This document shows, piece by piece, positions 10,330-22,809 of a stretch of DNA of 64,000 nucleotides. Both the position numbers and the translations under genes were made by a program. The stretch covers positions 26,412,001-26,476,000 of the forward strand of contig JAQFVV010000003.1 in the NCBI GenBank assembly GCA_028023455.1, read 5' to 3'. The stretch comes from Epiperipatus broadwayi (taxonomy: Eukaryota > Animalia > Onychophora). Positions within the stretch are counted from its first letter, which is position 1. Every line of letters begins with the position of its first letter. Below the pieces are notes generated by a model that was not told the DNA's origin, did not search any database, and worked only from the letters and a program-made list of their open reading frames with translations.

Positions 10330-13260
10330 GATTTCTAATGAAATTTCTTATTGTTTTTGACTGTTTCTTCTTTTCCTATTTTGTTATTAATATTAAATAA
10401 ATTTATTTTGTTACCATAAAGTTGTACTTCAATTTGTTTAAAAGTTACCAATGCTCTCTCATCTAGGACTAATATAATAATACTTCAAGACAGCAGAATG
10501 GTGCATTTGACAGAATACCTGAAGTTCATAGCAGATTGGCACAAGTTGACAGTTGTTAGAGCCTGTGTAGAATTATAGAAGAATAAAGCTAAGTGGATTG
10601 GTAGATCAAGAAAAATGGCATCACTATGCAGCAACATTCATGAATTTGATATTGAAAATAATGGTGCATTGTGGAAGAATTATGTGGGTCATGTTGAAAC
10701 ATATGCTTATAAATAAAATTGGAAAGGATAAATACTCATAAACAAAAGTGTTGATGGTAAAATAAAAATGTCTACGCTTACATGGTTCATAGAAAAAAAG
10801 ATATTGAAATTAGAAAATTAACTGTGTTACCCCGGGACTCCCAAAGAAGTTTCATATCAAGAATGGAAGGCAAAGCAAAATGTTTATTTTACTCTTGTAA
10901 TAACTAAATCACTAGCATGATTGAGATTTAGAAAGCAACTACCTCATGAAAAATATCAGGACCATGATATAGCATTGAGGACATTGGCAAAAGATTGTGA
11001 TGATGGCCTATAGTTAAATGAAAGGTTATTAGAACAGCTATTATATAGAAAGATAGACCTAAATTTACAAAAGTATTTTTAAGTGAACCTGACTTTAATT
11101 ATAAGCACTAATAGAAGAATGTATCATGCAAGAAATTATATTAGACAATGCTTTAGAATTTCTGCTCTCTAAACAAATAGATAAATAACAAATTGGAGTA
11201 AAGAAAACAGATGCTGATAAATCAGTCAGCAAGAGTGCAAAAATATGTTAACATGTTATTGCTATGGAAAAATGTTCACATAAAGAAAAACTGCAGATTT
11301 AGAAGTGAAAAATGCAATAGGACATTTAATTGATGTCTGCCACAATAATGATAAAAATGTTGAAACATAATTAATCCTAGTCTATAAATCTGGGGCAAGC
11401 AGAGTAAGAAGTAAAAATAATATGAAGAAATTAACACATGTAATGACTGTTTTAATAGACATGAATATATTAGAGCAGAAAGATCACCTGGAAGTAGACA
11501 GTGGAATAGATCTGTCATTATCTTGTAAAGACTGGAAGAACATTAATAATAAATCTAAGAAGAAAACTTTACTTTCAAAAGCTGATATCCTTGCTATAGA
11601 TGTAAATAGAAATTGATAGAAATATAGAGAAATGTGACCACCTCTGAAATTACATTCTGAGTTAAATTTTTGTTACTGTATAATAAAGATTTTATTCCAC
11701 TACTATGGAAAAAATGGTTTCATTCTTTGGAAATCTGCATAAGCATTATCAGAATAGTAAAAGCAATAAAAAGAGCTAAGTGATTTAAGAATATATAAGA
11801 ATTATAGACATTTTTAGGCCTATTGAACTTCTTTGAGGGCTTTCATAAAGGAAAGTCTCATGTCTTACTGCTGTTATATAAATTACTAAAAAGCAACAAC
11901 ATTGGACATTGTCAGATGAACATGATATTATTTTTCAAAAAGCTAAAGATCTACCTATGTCAAAGCAAGTACTCAACATCATCAAGGTCATTCAAGAGAT
12001 GTTCACATAAAAGTTTTGACTAAGTTATATCTTTGGTGGCCAAAGTTGAGTCAGCAAGTAGAACAAATGATTAAGAAATTTATGCAGTGCCAATAAATTG
12101 GTAATTTACTACCAAAAAAGTTGGAATCATGGCATAAATCTGCTCAGTCTTGGAAATACCTACACCTGGACCAATGAATGATTATATATTTTTAATAAAT
12201 TGCAGATTCATATTCTTGGTGGGTGGAATATAAAAATATAAATATTAGTGCTTAGAGTACCATTAGAGCACTAAAAGAGATCTTTGTAAATCCTGATATT
12301 CTTGAGACTATTGTGATAACAATGGGATCAGTCTTGCATCTCAGCATTTTAAGGATTAAAAAACTGATAATGAAATATGCCACATTCATACCTTGCCATA
12401 CCATCCTAAATTTCATGGTCTCCCCAAAAAATCTAGATTGAAAAAACCTGCCACAAGGATATTATAGCAGCATTATTAGATGTAATGTTTATCCCACCCA
12501 TTATAGCTACTAACAAGATACCAGATGAATTGTTAGTGCACAGAAAATTCCATACTCAAATTTCTAAATTATTGCCTAGTAACAAATGAAAATTTAAAAA
12601 ACTCTGGATTATGAAAATTTTAAAGTTGGAGAAAGTGTTTGGATAAGCAATACTTTAAAAAATGAATGGCTGCCAGGAGTATTATTCAAAATCTTATCAA
12701 ATTAAATTGATATAAATAGACAATAGAAAAATATTTAAGAGTCATATAAACCACTTATGACATCATGAAAATGAGTCATCAGTTGCAGATAGTGTTAATG
12801 TGAAGTGAGCAAATGATTACAAAAAAATTGAGCAAATTGTGGATATAAATCAAGCTGTAAGAAATGATTCAATCAAGGATCAAACTATTGAACCAGCTGA
12901 AGATTGTGTTACATCAAATGAGCACCAACAAGAAAGAATTATAACTTCAAAAGAAAAGGAAAAAGACTTTCACTGGAAGAACTCATATATGCAGAAAATC
13001 TACAAAATTAAGGCTTATGTATGCCATTAAGAGCATTATTTTTACTATAGGGGAAGGAGTGGACTTTTTGTGTTTATAGTATATACATGTGAATATAAAT
13101 AAAAATTATTATTTTACTATGAAAAAGGGATAGACAATGCTTGAATAAATTATCTCATTATTAAGCTACTCTAGAAAATCTGCATATGCAATCATGTCAG
13201 TTATGCAAATGAGGAACAATTATGCATAAATGAATTCTATAAAAACTCATGTTAGTATTT
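10330..13260 (+). mobile_element. Decayed, internally deleted Gypsy (Mag-like) LTR retrotransposon
   Basis: LTR 3' part at about 10330-10490. Gag remnant from ATG 10615 (MASLCSNIHEFDIENNGALWKNYV; later ...LRTLAKDCDDGL*LNERLLEQL). RT/RNase H remnant near 11800. Integrase remnants WKYLHLD, DSYSWWVE, PETIV-DNG and PYHP at about 12150-12430. Polypurine tract AGGGGAAGGAG at 13049-13059 is followed by TG at 13060, the start of the 3' LTR. Confidence 0.85.
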
Positions 13261-13580
13261 GTTATAACGGAATGAACAATTTTCATCATTAGATATAACG
13301 GTTAGAAAAGATTCTCATCATACACCCTCCCTAATACCTATCGTACTAGTCACGCCAGTCGTTAATTCGATCTTTAGCGGTGTGTAGTCCCACTACACAT
13401 CGTGCATCCACGTTGGTCGATAGATATAACGGCCGGAATAATTAGCACTAGCCCGAAAAGATGATGACGCCAGATATAACGGACGGAATGATTACAACCA
13501 ATCCCCAAACATTGCAAACACCAGATGTAATGGATGGTCAACTAACTTGCAGACTGTACTATTATGCAGATGTAGCAATA
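13261..13580 (+). repeat. CpG-rich array of AGATATAACGG-cored repeats with variable spacers
   Basis: AGATATAACGG at 13291, 13422 and 13472, with decayed copies at 13523 (agatgtaatggatgg) and 13568. Spacing of the last four is 50, 51 and 45 nt. Hairpin tgtgtagt-ccc-actacaca at 13381-13399. Confidence 0.75.
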
Positions 13581-16499
13581 TGGTGAGGAGATAAGTTAAT
13601 ATACTCTAAATTATTACCCCTAATGAAACAATCTGCAAAGACCTACCAGGCTTAGAAGGGAAGAAAGTTGCATCCAACTATGTTCAGACTGTGGGTCATC
13701 TGATAGAGTGCTAATGATAACCCGATGAAATGCTTAACCAATGATTGCATACCCTTTAATTGACTAACTCTATCCCTATTTAATAATATTAAATGCAATT
13801 TAGGTTAGTTCATCCACTTTCTCCCTTTTTAATTCCGTTATGCCCTAATATTCAAACCCAGAGAGAATATTGCTTTTAACTCTATTATCAGGTATGAACA
13901 AATATACACAGCAACTCCTGCACCTATATATAGGTTACAACTAGCATTTATTATATTTGTTTTATTTTCAAGCTTTTATATAATAAGAAAAATAGATGTG
14001 TGTGCATGTATAATTATTTATAAACTGTGGAATGTCAGGACAACCCAATAAACCAGAGACCGGAATAATATAAACTCTCAAACATTTATTAATAATAATA
14101 AATATCAAGTATAACAACAATAGTAATGATAAATATATATATAATAATCATCATATGTACATGTGTCACAAATGAACCTCTACCATCTTACTAATTAATT
14201 ATCCTCTAGATCCAACCCTTATACCCCATAGTAGAAATCCACATATGTCACTCATTCTCTGCAAATCATAATTATATAGAAAAATCAACTTTAGTTATTT
14301 AATATAATTGAGATGCTGGGTAGCTAAATTATATATTTACAAATGTTAATCTGTTTAACAAGTTTCCCCAATTTATATATAAGATAGAGACAGATCCCAG
14401 TTGATTAGTCAAACATACTAGAAAATATACGTACACGGTTAACCACAAAATAAAACATATAATATGTATTCTGTATGTGTTGTAATTTAACCTATATATA
14501 AATTTAGAGAATCTTACCTCAATATTTATGTGGATGACCTGATGTGAAACAGGTGGCTATACCTAAATTTTATTTATAATGAAAATAAAAAATATCAAAA
14601 TGAATAATCCCCCCTTTTCTTCTTTGCTAATTCTGAAAAAATGAGGCTTCAGCATCAGAGTGTGAAAATACAACAGATAGTATGAATCAAAAAATAAAAT
14701 AATAAATAAACAAAAATTTACAATATTGATTCTTTGATTAAAAATTGTAATTGGAACAAAGTTTATAACAATCATCATAATAGAAGTAGTAGTAGTAGTC
14801 GATAGTTAGGCAAATTGTTCTTCAAAGCAGTTTCACTTAGTAAATCATTCTCCTTAGCAAGGATAGATAGGTACAATGGTGTCTCCTGTAGTTGTGTTTA
14901 ATGGTAAACATCTTGATCCTCATTTGATTCACCATAATGTATTCCAATCCTTGTTTACTTTGGACTGAAGGCATCTTCTTGTGTGTTTACAATACAGTAG
15001 AAATATATATATATTTAGATATAATGCAGCTGGCAGGAAAATACCATGACACACAATAGCATGTTTTGCTCTAACCCATTTTCATATTAAAGTACATTTT
15101 AATAATTATTTATAATCATATATTTTTTTATTAATAATATTGAAGCGCTTATATATATATTAAGAAAATTATTTCATTTTTCTTTCTTCTCCAATTTTTA
15201 GCAAATTTAATTCTTGTTATTGTTTTTGAAAAGATTTTAAAAAAAAATTCTAATTTACTCCAACAACTTTTTAAACACGATTTAATTATTTAAGAATTAA
15301 TCAGCTATTCTTACTTCTTTTCACTTTCTGTCCCTTGAATTTGATAAACTTTTAGTTACAGTATTTGATTTTTAAAATGTTTATAATTTAACTAAAAGAA
15401 AAAATAAAATTCCATTTTAGCATTCTAAAGTTTTAATTTTAATTGCTGTCTTTTGTTACAGTTGTTATAACAATAAGAAGAACGATTTGTAAACTGTTTT
15501 TTGTTTTTATACATTTTCATGTGCGTAGATTTCCAGGAATACTCATATCTTTAACTGCCTATTGTTTAAATACATTTAGATTTATTATAAAATAAAAATA
15601 AAAAATATTAAAATAATAAAATCAGTTTTATTTTCACACATATGTACCCACCTAATTAACTTCAAGTCATCCCATATTATATATATAATTAATATTCAAT
15701 TTTAAATTTAAAAAAAATATATACATTACAGTTTATTTAATCAAATAGTTTTATATATATACAATAGTACTTTCTAAAATATTGATCGTATTTTATTTTA
15801 TAAATATAATAATTTATTGTGTATTATATGTATATAGGTAATAATAATAACAAATAATAATCTTCCCACTATTACTATAAATTCCAAATGGATTTGGTTC
15901 AATAAATATGCTTGATCTTTTTAGGAATGTGTGCATTGTAAGCTATCCTTTACATTGTGAAGATGTAAAGAAGTAATTAAGCATAATCAGTTGTGAGGAA
16001 ATGTAATGATTGTGAACGAGAATTGTCAAAGTTTATGATTGTTCATTACATATATATAATTGATATGGGATGGAATGAATGGGGTGAAATGTGGGGGTGA
16101 AAAAAAAATTACTTCCCAAAATGAACAAAATATTTCAAATAATGATTTTTTAATATAAATTTAATATATAATGAAACAGTCAGATCTAAAGATCCACCTG
16201 TTTCACCTACTATAGTTATAGTAGTATATTTATTTGTATGTTATTTCACTCCAAATTGCATGTATTTCTTTTATTCAGAACTCTGAACTTGTGCTCTTAA
16301 GAATTATAGAGTGTGTGCCTGTATAAATGCTTATTTCATTGCAATATAGACACCAGTAAGGATAATATATACACACATATAGACCTCCATTTATTAAAAT
16401 TGTGTAAACCTAACAGTCTGTGCAGCTTGAATTTATGTATAGAATTGTATTTAAACTTAATAAAAAAAATCACTTATTTAAAATATTAGTCTTAAATAT

Positions 16500-16800
16500 T
16501 CTTTTAAAATTATTTCAAGTTTATTCTTTGTTAAAAGTACAGATGGTAAAGTTGTTTACGAGTTAATATTTGTTCAAAGTAATATTTTGTTAAAGATTGA
16601 CCAGATTAGCATTACTTAAAATTATTTCCAGTTTATTCTTTGTTAGAAGTGCCAATGGTAAAGTTGTTTACGGGTTAAAACTTAATTTAAAATTATATTT
16701 TAGTTAAAATTTGACTAGATTAGCATTTTCTTAAAATTATTTTAGGTTTACGATTTTGTTTAAAACTGCAGACTGTAAAGTTTATGAGTTTCACATTTAA
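16500..16800. repeat. Degenerate tandem repeat, about 112-115-bp period, about 3 copies
   Basis: The unit ttaaaattattt..agtttattctttgtta.aagt...atggtaaagttgtttacg.gtt...gattagcatt recurs at about 16505, 16616 and 16730. Confidence 0.75.
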
Positions 16801-19800
16801 CCAAAATAACATTTTAACTTAATTAGCCTTATAGCTAAAAAGTCAATTTAGAAATCAGTCAGTCATAAAACCTGACTTGACCATTTGGAGGGAACCCGGG
16901 AGAGTTTCTCTAGAGGTGGTAAAAGATAATTGAGAGCATGAGGTTTGAAGTAGTAAACAAGTGACATAGCAAGTGCCGGAAGGAAATAGGGATGTGTGCT
17001 GAGTATAGATATAAAAACTTGCAGTTTTTATTATTAAAAGGGATACGTAAAAATAAGAACACATCACCGGGAGAATAATATTAAAGTTTTTTTTATTAAA
17101 AAGATATTGTTGCTAAGATGAGAACCATTGGCTAGTGGAAGATAGAATTGCCATTTATCTTCTACTAGAGTTTCTACAAATGATAACAACAGCCGTCGTC
17201 TTATGCCCAAGAACCAACAACAGCCGCCTTGTAAATATAAACCAGCCACATAGATAATAATGGAGCCATATCCAGAAGCCACCTCAGCTATAATGAAGCT
17301 GTACCCAGTAAGCCACCCCAGCCATAAACAAATTGTATCCAATAAGTCACATTAAAATGGTGAAGCCATATCTACTGAATGGCACCAGAAAGCAAGAAAA
17401 ACCAGATTCGCCTCCATCCATGAAGAATAGGAATCATGCTCAGAGAAGCCATCCTTACATGAACTTCTAGAATTCTTCTCAATAATTATGGTAGAGCATG
17501 CTAAAATATTCATTTCTTTAAAGTAACTATCAATCTAGCATTCATATTTCCTATATAACTCTGCTATGTAAATGTAAATCTGCTATGTATCTTTATTTTA
17601 AAGTAGTCATTTTATCACATCTTGCTTGATCATCATTATCATTACTATATTTATACATATACACATATATTTATTTTAATATGTAATGTTTAAACCCTAA
17701 AATTTTAGTGATAAGTGTATTAACTTCTTATTTATTGTTTAGACATTTAAGCCATTCTTTAACATAGTTATGTTTGATTTATGCTAAAGTAATCAGAACA
17801 TAGTTTGGTGAATTATTAATTCTCAGAGAGATACAACATCCTCTCATTGGTTCTAAAGAAACAAACTCCCTTCTGTACTTAATATTCTGCATCAGTGATA
17901 GTATTGCTATCTATAATATGGCCTAATAAATAATTATAAGTAGTGTTTATTTGCCTTTAAGCAAGAGTGATTTTCTACAGTATATGTGCAATGAATATTT
18001 GGACCCGTAATAACTCTTAAAATATACTGTAAATCGGTAATTATATGTCTTAAGTGATACAGATAACTCTTAAGTCAGATTCTAAGTATTTCCCTATAAT
18101 ATAATAATTATGTGCTATTTCGGAATTGATTAATGGCAGTAACACTGCTAGACTCTCTGTGTTTTGCATATTTAGTGAATTAAAATGATTATATTAGATT
18201 TGCAGAAGGAATGTGCTCCTCATTAGCAAATAATGCTTAGCTTCTTGCTATATTCTCTACATATGTATGTGTCTGCATTGGGGTTGATTTAATGTCAAAC
18301 CATGCCAGTTAGTTCAGACAGCCAAGTTATTTTGTATTTGATATTTGAAAGAGACCAAAGTGTCATCCTTGAAGTAGCTGTTTGATCCTCTGGACTAAAG
18401 AAGTCTCCTTTATTAGTATAGCAAGCAGCGTGGTACAAAGAACCGATTACTTGGTAATAAATTTTTATGAACACCCATTTGAGACACCCACTTTTATTAA
18501 TATATTTGATAAGTGTAGAATCTGAAGTGACTCTGCATCATCAGTTCCGCCCACCTTATTAAATAACTTTAGCCTTGATCCGAGCCAGAATCTGGGTTAA
18601 CTTGATTAATTTGTATCGTAAATTAGATGTCAACTTTATTGATAAGTAATAGCACCTTTTTTGCTATGTTCTTGGCATATATCTAAGCATAAATCTGCAT
18701 AACTGTGTATCATATTTACTCATCCCTATGTAATTAAAGGAAAAATGGCAATGTAAAGGTTAATTAGCCACTGTAATGTTTTGTTTTATTGTATAAAGTT
18801 ACAATACTAATCATTGTAAAATAACATTTGTGTGTGAATCATTTATATACCTGAGTTTTAATGTTTGCTACTCTGTATCATGAATGTATATTTATTCCCT
18901 TCATATAAAGCTCAATTCTTAATCTGTTAATCCTATATACCTTCACCTGCATGTTATAATGTACATTTTGTTTTATTAATTATGAATTTATATATTAAAT
19001 TTTCTAAAATATATCTCCTCTCAGTCTCAATCCTTGTTCATAGTCTTTATGAATCATTATCAAGTCATTTAGTATTAGTTAGGGAGAATAAGTCTCATGT
19101 TCTACCGATTTGCTAGTAACAGAATGTGGTCAAGAACATATCGAGTGTAGCCTCAGGCATGTCATTCACTAGTGTGGAATTTGGAAGCATGGATGAGAGA
19201 GTTGAGGTATGGTCAGATATAGGGTGTCATCATCTTGACTTGATCAGCCTGCTTCTCTTTCATCTGGACTCTCAGTCTGTTGGAAAATGTACAGATCTGA
19301 TCATTATAATAATATAAAATAATGAGTATGAGAGATCTTGAGATCACTCTGAGAGATCAATCCACTTAGTCACTAGAATAAAGTACAATTAAATCAAATT
19401 TCACCAGCTATAAGATAAGTCATTCATTATCATGCATGATCAGCAATCAAAATAAATCAACAGTCAATCTGGTGACTGGATTTGAAAGGGTCTTCTGAAG
19501 ACCAAACTAACTACTTAGCCATGGTCAACATAGGGTAATTATTTAAACATTAATTTGCATGCATAAACTTAAATGCTAATCCATAGAATATACAACCATA
19601 AAAACAATAATGCTGGGATATTAAAACGTGCTAATCATCATCAATGCTCTGGCCACTTAGTACCATTAGTGTACTGGCCAACTATAAACTTAAATTCCAA
19701 TAGAGACTAAAATGAAATGAAGTGCATGGATCAACTGGATGCCCACATACTAATATACATCCCTTTAATATCCTAGACCATTATTGTGAACAAAAGTGGA

Positions 19801-21980
19801 TGCAACATAATCTACAAACCATTTAGAATTAAGTCACTGGAATAATTTTAATAATAGAGTATATTAATAACAATAAAAAATGGCATTAAAGTTTGTACAT
19901 AGAAATTAAGCCTTCTGATTTTGATTAACAAAAAATCAAAATTTAAGTTATCACCTTGTGATTTACAATACCTCCTAATGTGTTTACATAGAACATATAT
20001 CCATACAGATGTGCAGTATCATATAAAATGAACATATTTGAATGGTCATTTAATAAAAGAATGATTGAGATTTACATATATGTCTACATGACATGCATTG
20101 ATATATGCACACAGACATGTGGCTTAATAATTTCTTAACATATGCCATAAACTATTTAATGATACAGATTCCTCTTGATAGGTTTACACCAAATCACATA
20201 TATCATCGCACATACATGCAGTATAATAATTGATTAACATAAAAAGAAAATAAATTTTCTAATTTAATTCTCTGTTGAAAGTATATAAAAATTTCCTTTA
20301 TTATTTTAAATTATAACATTTTTTTTTGCTTTTTTTTTTAATATTACAGTCTTTGACAGTTTACTTTTAATTATAAATGTCTTTTTTTAAAAAAAAATAC
20401 TCCCACAAGTTTTTCTTTCTTTTTCAAATCTAAAAAGATTTTGGAGTTTACTTTTTTTTTCAAAATAGAATTGTCTATGAATCAATCATTTCACTTGAGC
20501 AAAATTGTACTTGTTTTCTTTTAAAATATATAGATTTTAAATTTTCACTAAAGAAATTATTTAAAATTTCATTATCATTATGTATAGTGCTACTCATCGT
20601 CTGTGCTTCATATATATGCATTTGTGTCCTCTGCATCCAAGTAAAACAGCATGTGTATAACTAATTCTTCAGCCAGCTGATGGATTCTCTTGATGGGTCA
20701 TTTTTGGCATCATTAGGAAAGGTATAATGAGGTACTTTCTGGCATTCAATAGACTCCATTTAGGTTTCAGACCAGCCATCTAATACTATGTTGGCTATGG
20801 AGAACACAAGTTGGATTTTCCTTCTAGGTTGCATCTAAACTCCAGCATAGTGAACTAGTAGCAGCCACCTTTGTGCTTTCAATTACATTATGGTAGCTCT
20901 GTATAACTCTGGAAACCAACCAACCAACTTCTGGGAAAATCCATTCTAATCTTTTTATCCATCATTTTTATAGATATGGTGAAGTAAAAAAATTCATTAA
21001 CTTAAAAATGTTTTTCCCTTTTTAATTTACTTTAATCCTTTCAAAAGCAACTTGGAATTTTATCAATTTAATCTACAAGCTTTATTTACAAAAAAAAGGA
21101 TTTCTAAAATAGTAGACATTTTATCAAAATGTTATACAAGTTTTAATTTTAAAAAAAATATTTCTAAAATAGATAATGGATGTTTACAATTATCAGTAGA
21201 TTTATTTTAACATAAAAAATGCTTGTTTTAATTTCAAAATCAGAATTCAATAAAAATATTTATTTAGACTTTTGTAAATGTTATTTCATAATAAAAATTT
21301 ATTTTAAAATTCAAAATTATTTACTCCTTTGTATTATTCCAGTGTACTTATAGAAAATATCTACAAAAAAATTGACTTTATTTCTACTTTTCCTTTCAAC
21401 TTTGTATATATTTGTGCATACACTACTATGTTGTATGCCATGAAACCCATATGGTTGCAATATATTGTACCCTTTTGTTAAGGCTAGGTATGCTGAAAAA
21501 AGTCAATTTCTCAAAAAAATTTAAATGAAGGTAGTTATAAGAGTTATAATTGTAATTATAATGATTTAAAGGTACATAAATTTGTTAAAATGAATCTATA
21601 AGTAGTCAGAGAATATTTTAAAGCCATTCTACCTATCACAATTATAAAATAAGAGAATAATTTAATATTTAGTAAGCAAAATAGGTTAATATTAGCTATT
21701 CTTGAAAATATGCTTAATATTCTATTTAATAATTGTTTTAAAATTAGTGGTTTACAATATAATTGAATACTTTTGAATAAATGAATAAATCTATTCTTAA
21801 AATAAGTTAAAACTAGTTAATAATTATTTATTAAAGTTTTTAATATTTTATGGTGTACCAAATGTTTCAATTTTATTTGTTATACAAAATGTTAAACTTA
21901 CTACTGTAAATTTTATTATTATATATACTATTTCTTATTGTTTTATTTTTAGATTAAATATTCATTTAATTTTATTTCAG

Positions 21981-22036
21981 ACAGTAAGTTTCAAAAATTG
22001 CAACATTTATGTATGGAAAAACCTATCACATGACTG
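21981..22036 (+). CDS. Candidate exon, host gene B
   Basis: tttatttcag|ACA...GAC TG|gtaatg; 56 nt, phase 0 to 2, TVSFKNCNIYVWKNLSHD. This is the only open frame. Confidence 0.4.
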
Positions 22037-22758
22037 GTAATGTATGTGTAATGCTTGTGTGAATTCAAAGAAAGATTTAATTACTTTCTAAAATTATTGA
22101 TAAAGTGGGAACATTTGAACATGATAAAGTAAGTTGGGAATAATATTTTAATTGGTTTTTAAAGATATTTTAAACTAATAAATGTAGACTAAAATTGCTA
22201 CATTAAATTAAATATTTTCTTATAATTTAATAGATTGGTACAAAATTAATAAATTTTATTATTTTAAAATATTTTGTTTGGTTGAATAGAGTTATAAAAT
22301 AAATTAAGAATTAAATATTTTATATTTTTATTTTAAAGATGACTCATTATTTTATTTTCAATTTTAAATCTACTTAATTTAGGTAATATGTACATTAGTT
22401 TATTTGTCTGGTTTTATTTTATCCAATCAAATCTCTTAATAAATAAGGGATAACTACAGTGTGTGAAAATTAAGGCTGAACACTTTTTATCATAATTATT
22501 TTTGTTTCAACTATTACTTATTATTAAACTGTATAAAGTTATATTACTATTGGTTTGTAATATAGGAAACTTAATAGTAAATTATTCAAAATTTTAAAAT
22601 ATTATTTTATAAAGTCTAAAGGATAAAGAAAATTCATATTTAATTCAACAATATGTGTGGGTAAACCAATTTAAATTTCCTATCAATAAACTGTTCAGAA
22701 ACTTGATTAAAATTCAATATTAACTTATAAAGCATACACTTATAGTCAAGTCTATCAG

Positions 22759-22809
22759 TGAATTAATGACCAAAAGCCGAAGGATTTATGGAAGCATATT
22801 CTTACCAAG
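22759..22809 (+). CDS. Candidate exon, host gene B
   Basis: tctatcag|T GAA...CCA AG|gttatg; 51 nt, phase 2 to 2, (C)ELMTKSRRIYGSIFLP(R). Confidence 0.35.

Noticed and set aside
13291-13580. Calling the repeat-spacer array a CRISPR array
   Set aside because: The context is eukaryotic with no cas genes. The repeats are short, few and degenerate, with no leader or palindromic repeat structure.
14034-14551. Possible minus-strand solo LTR (TG...CA with AATAAA)
   Set aside because: There is no matching TSD and no second copy in the window.
14519-14563. Minus-strand exon-like segment with good splice sites
   Set aside because: All three frames contain stops, and it overlaps a possible LTR end.
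20580-20960. More GC-rich patch resembling a LINE 3' end on the minus strand
   Set aside because: No diagnostic motif could be read in any frame.
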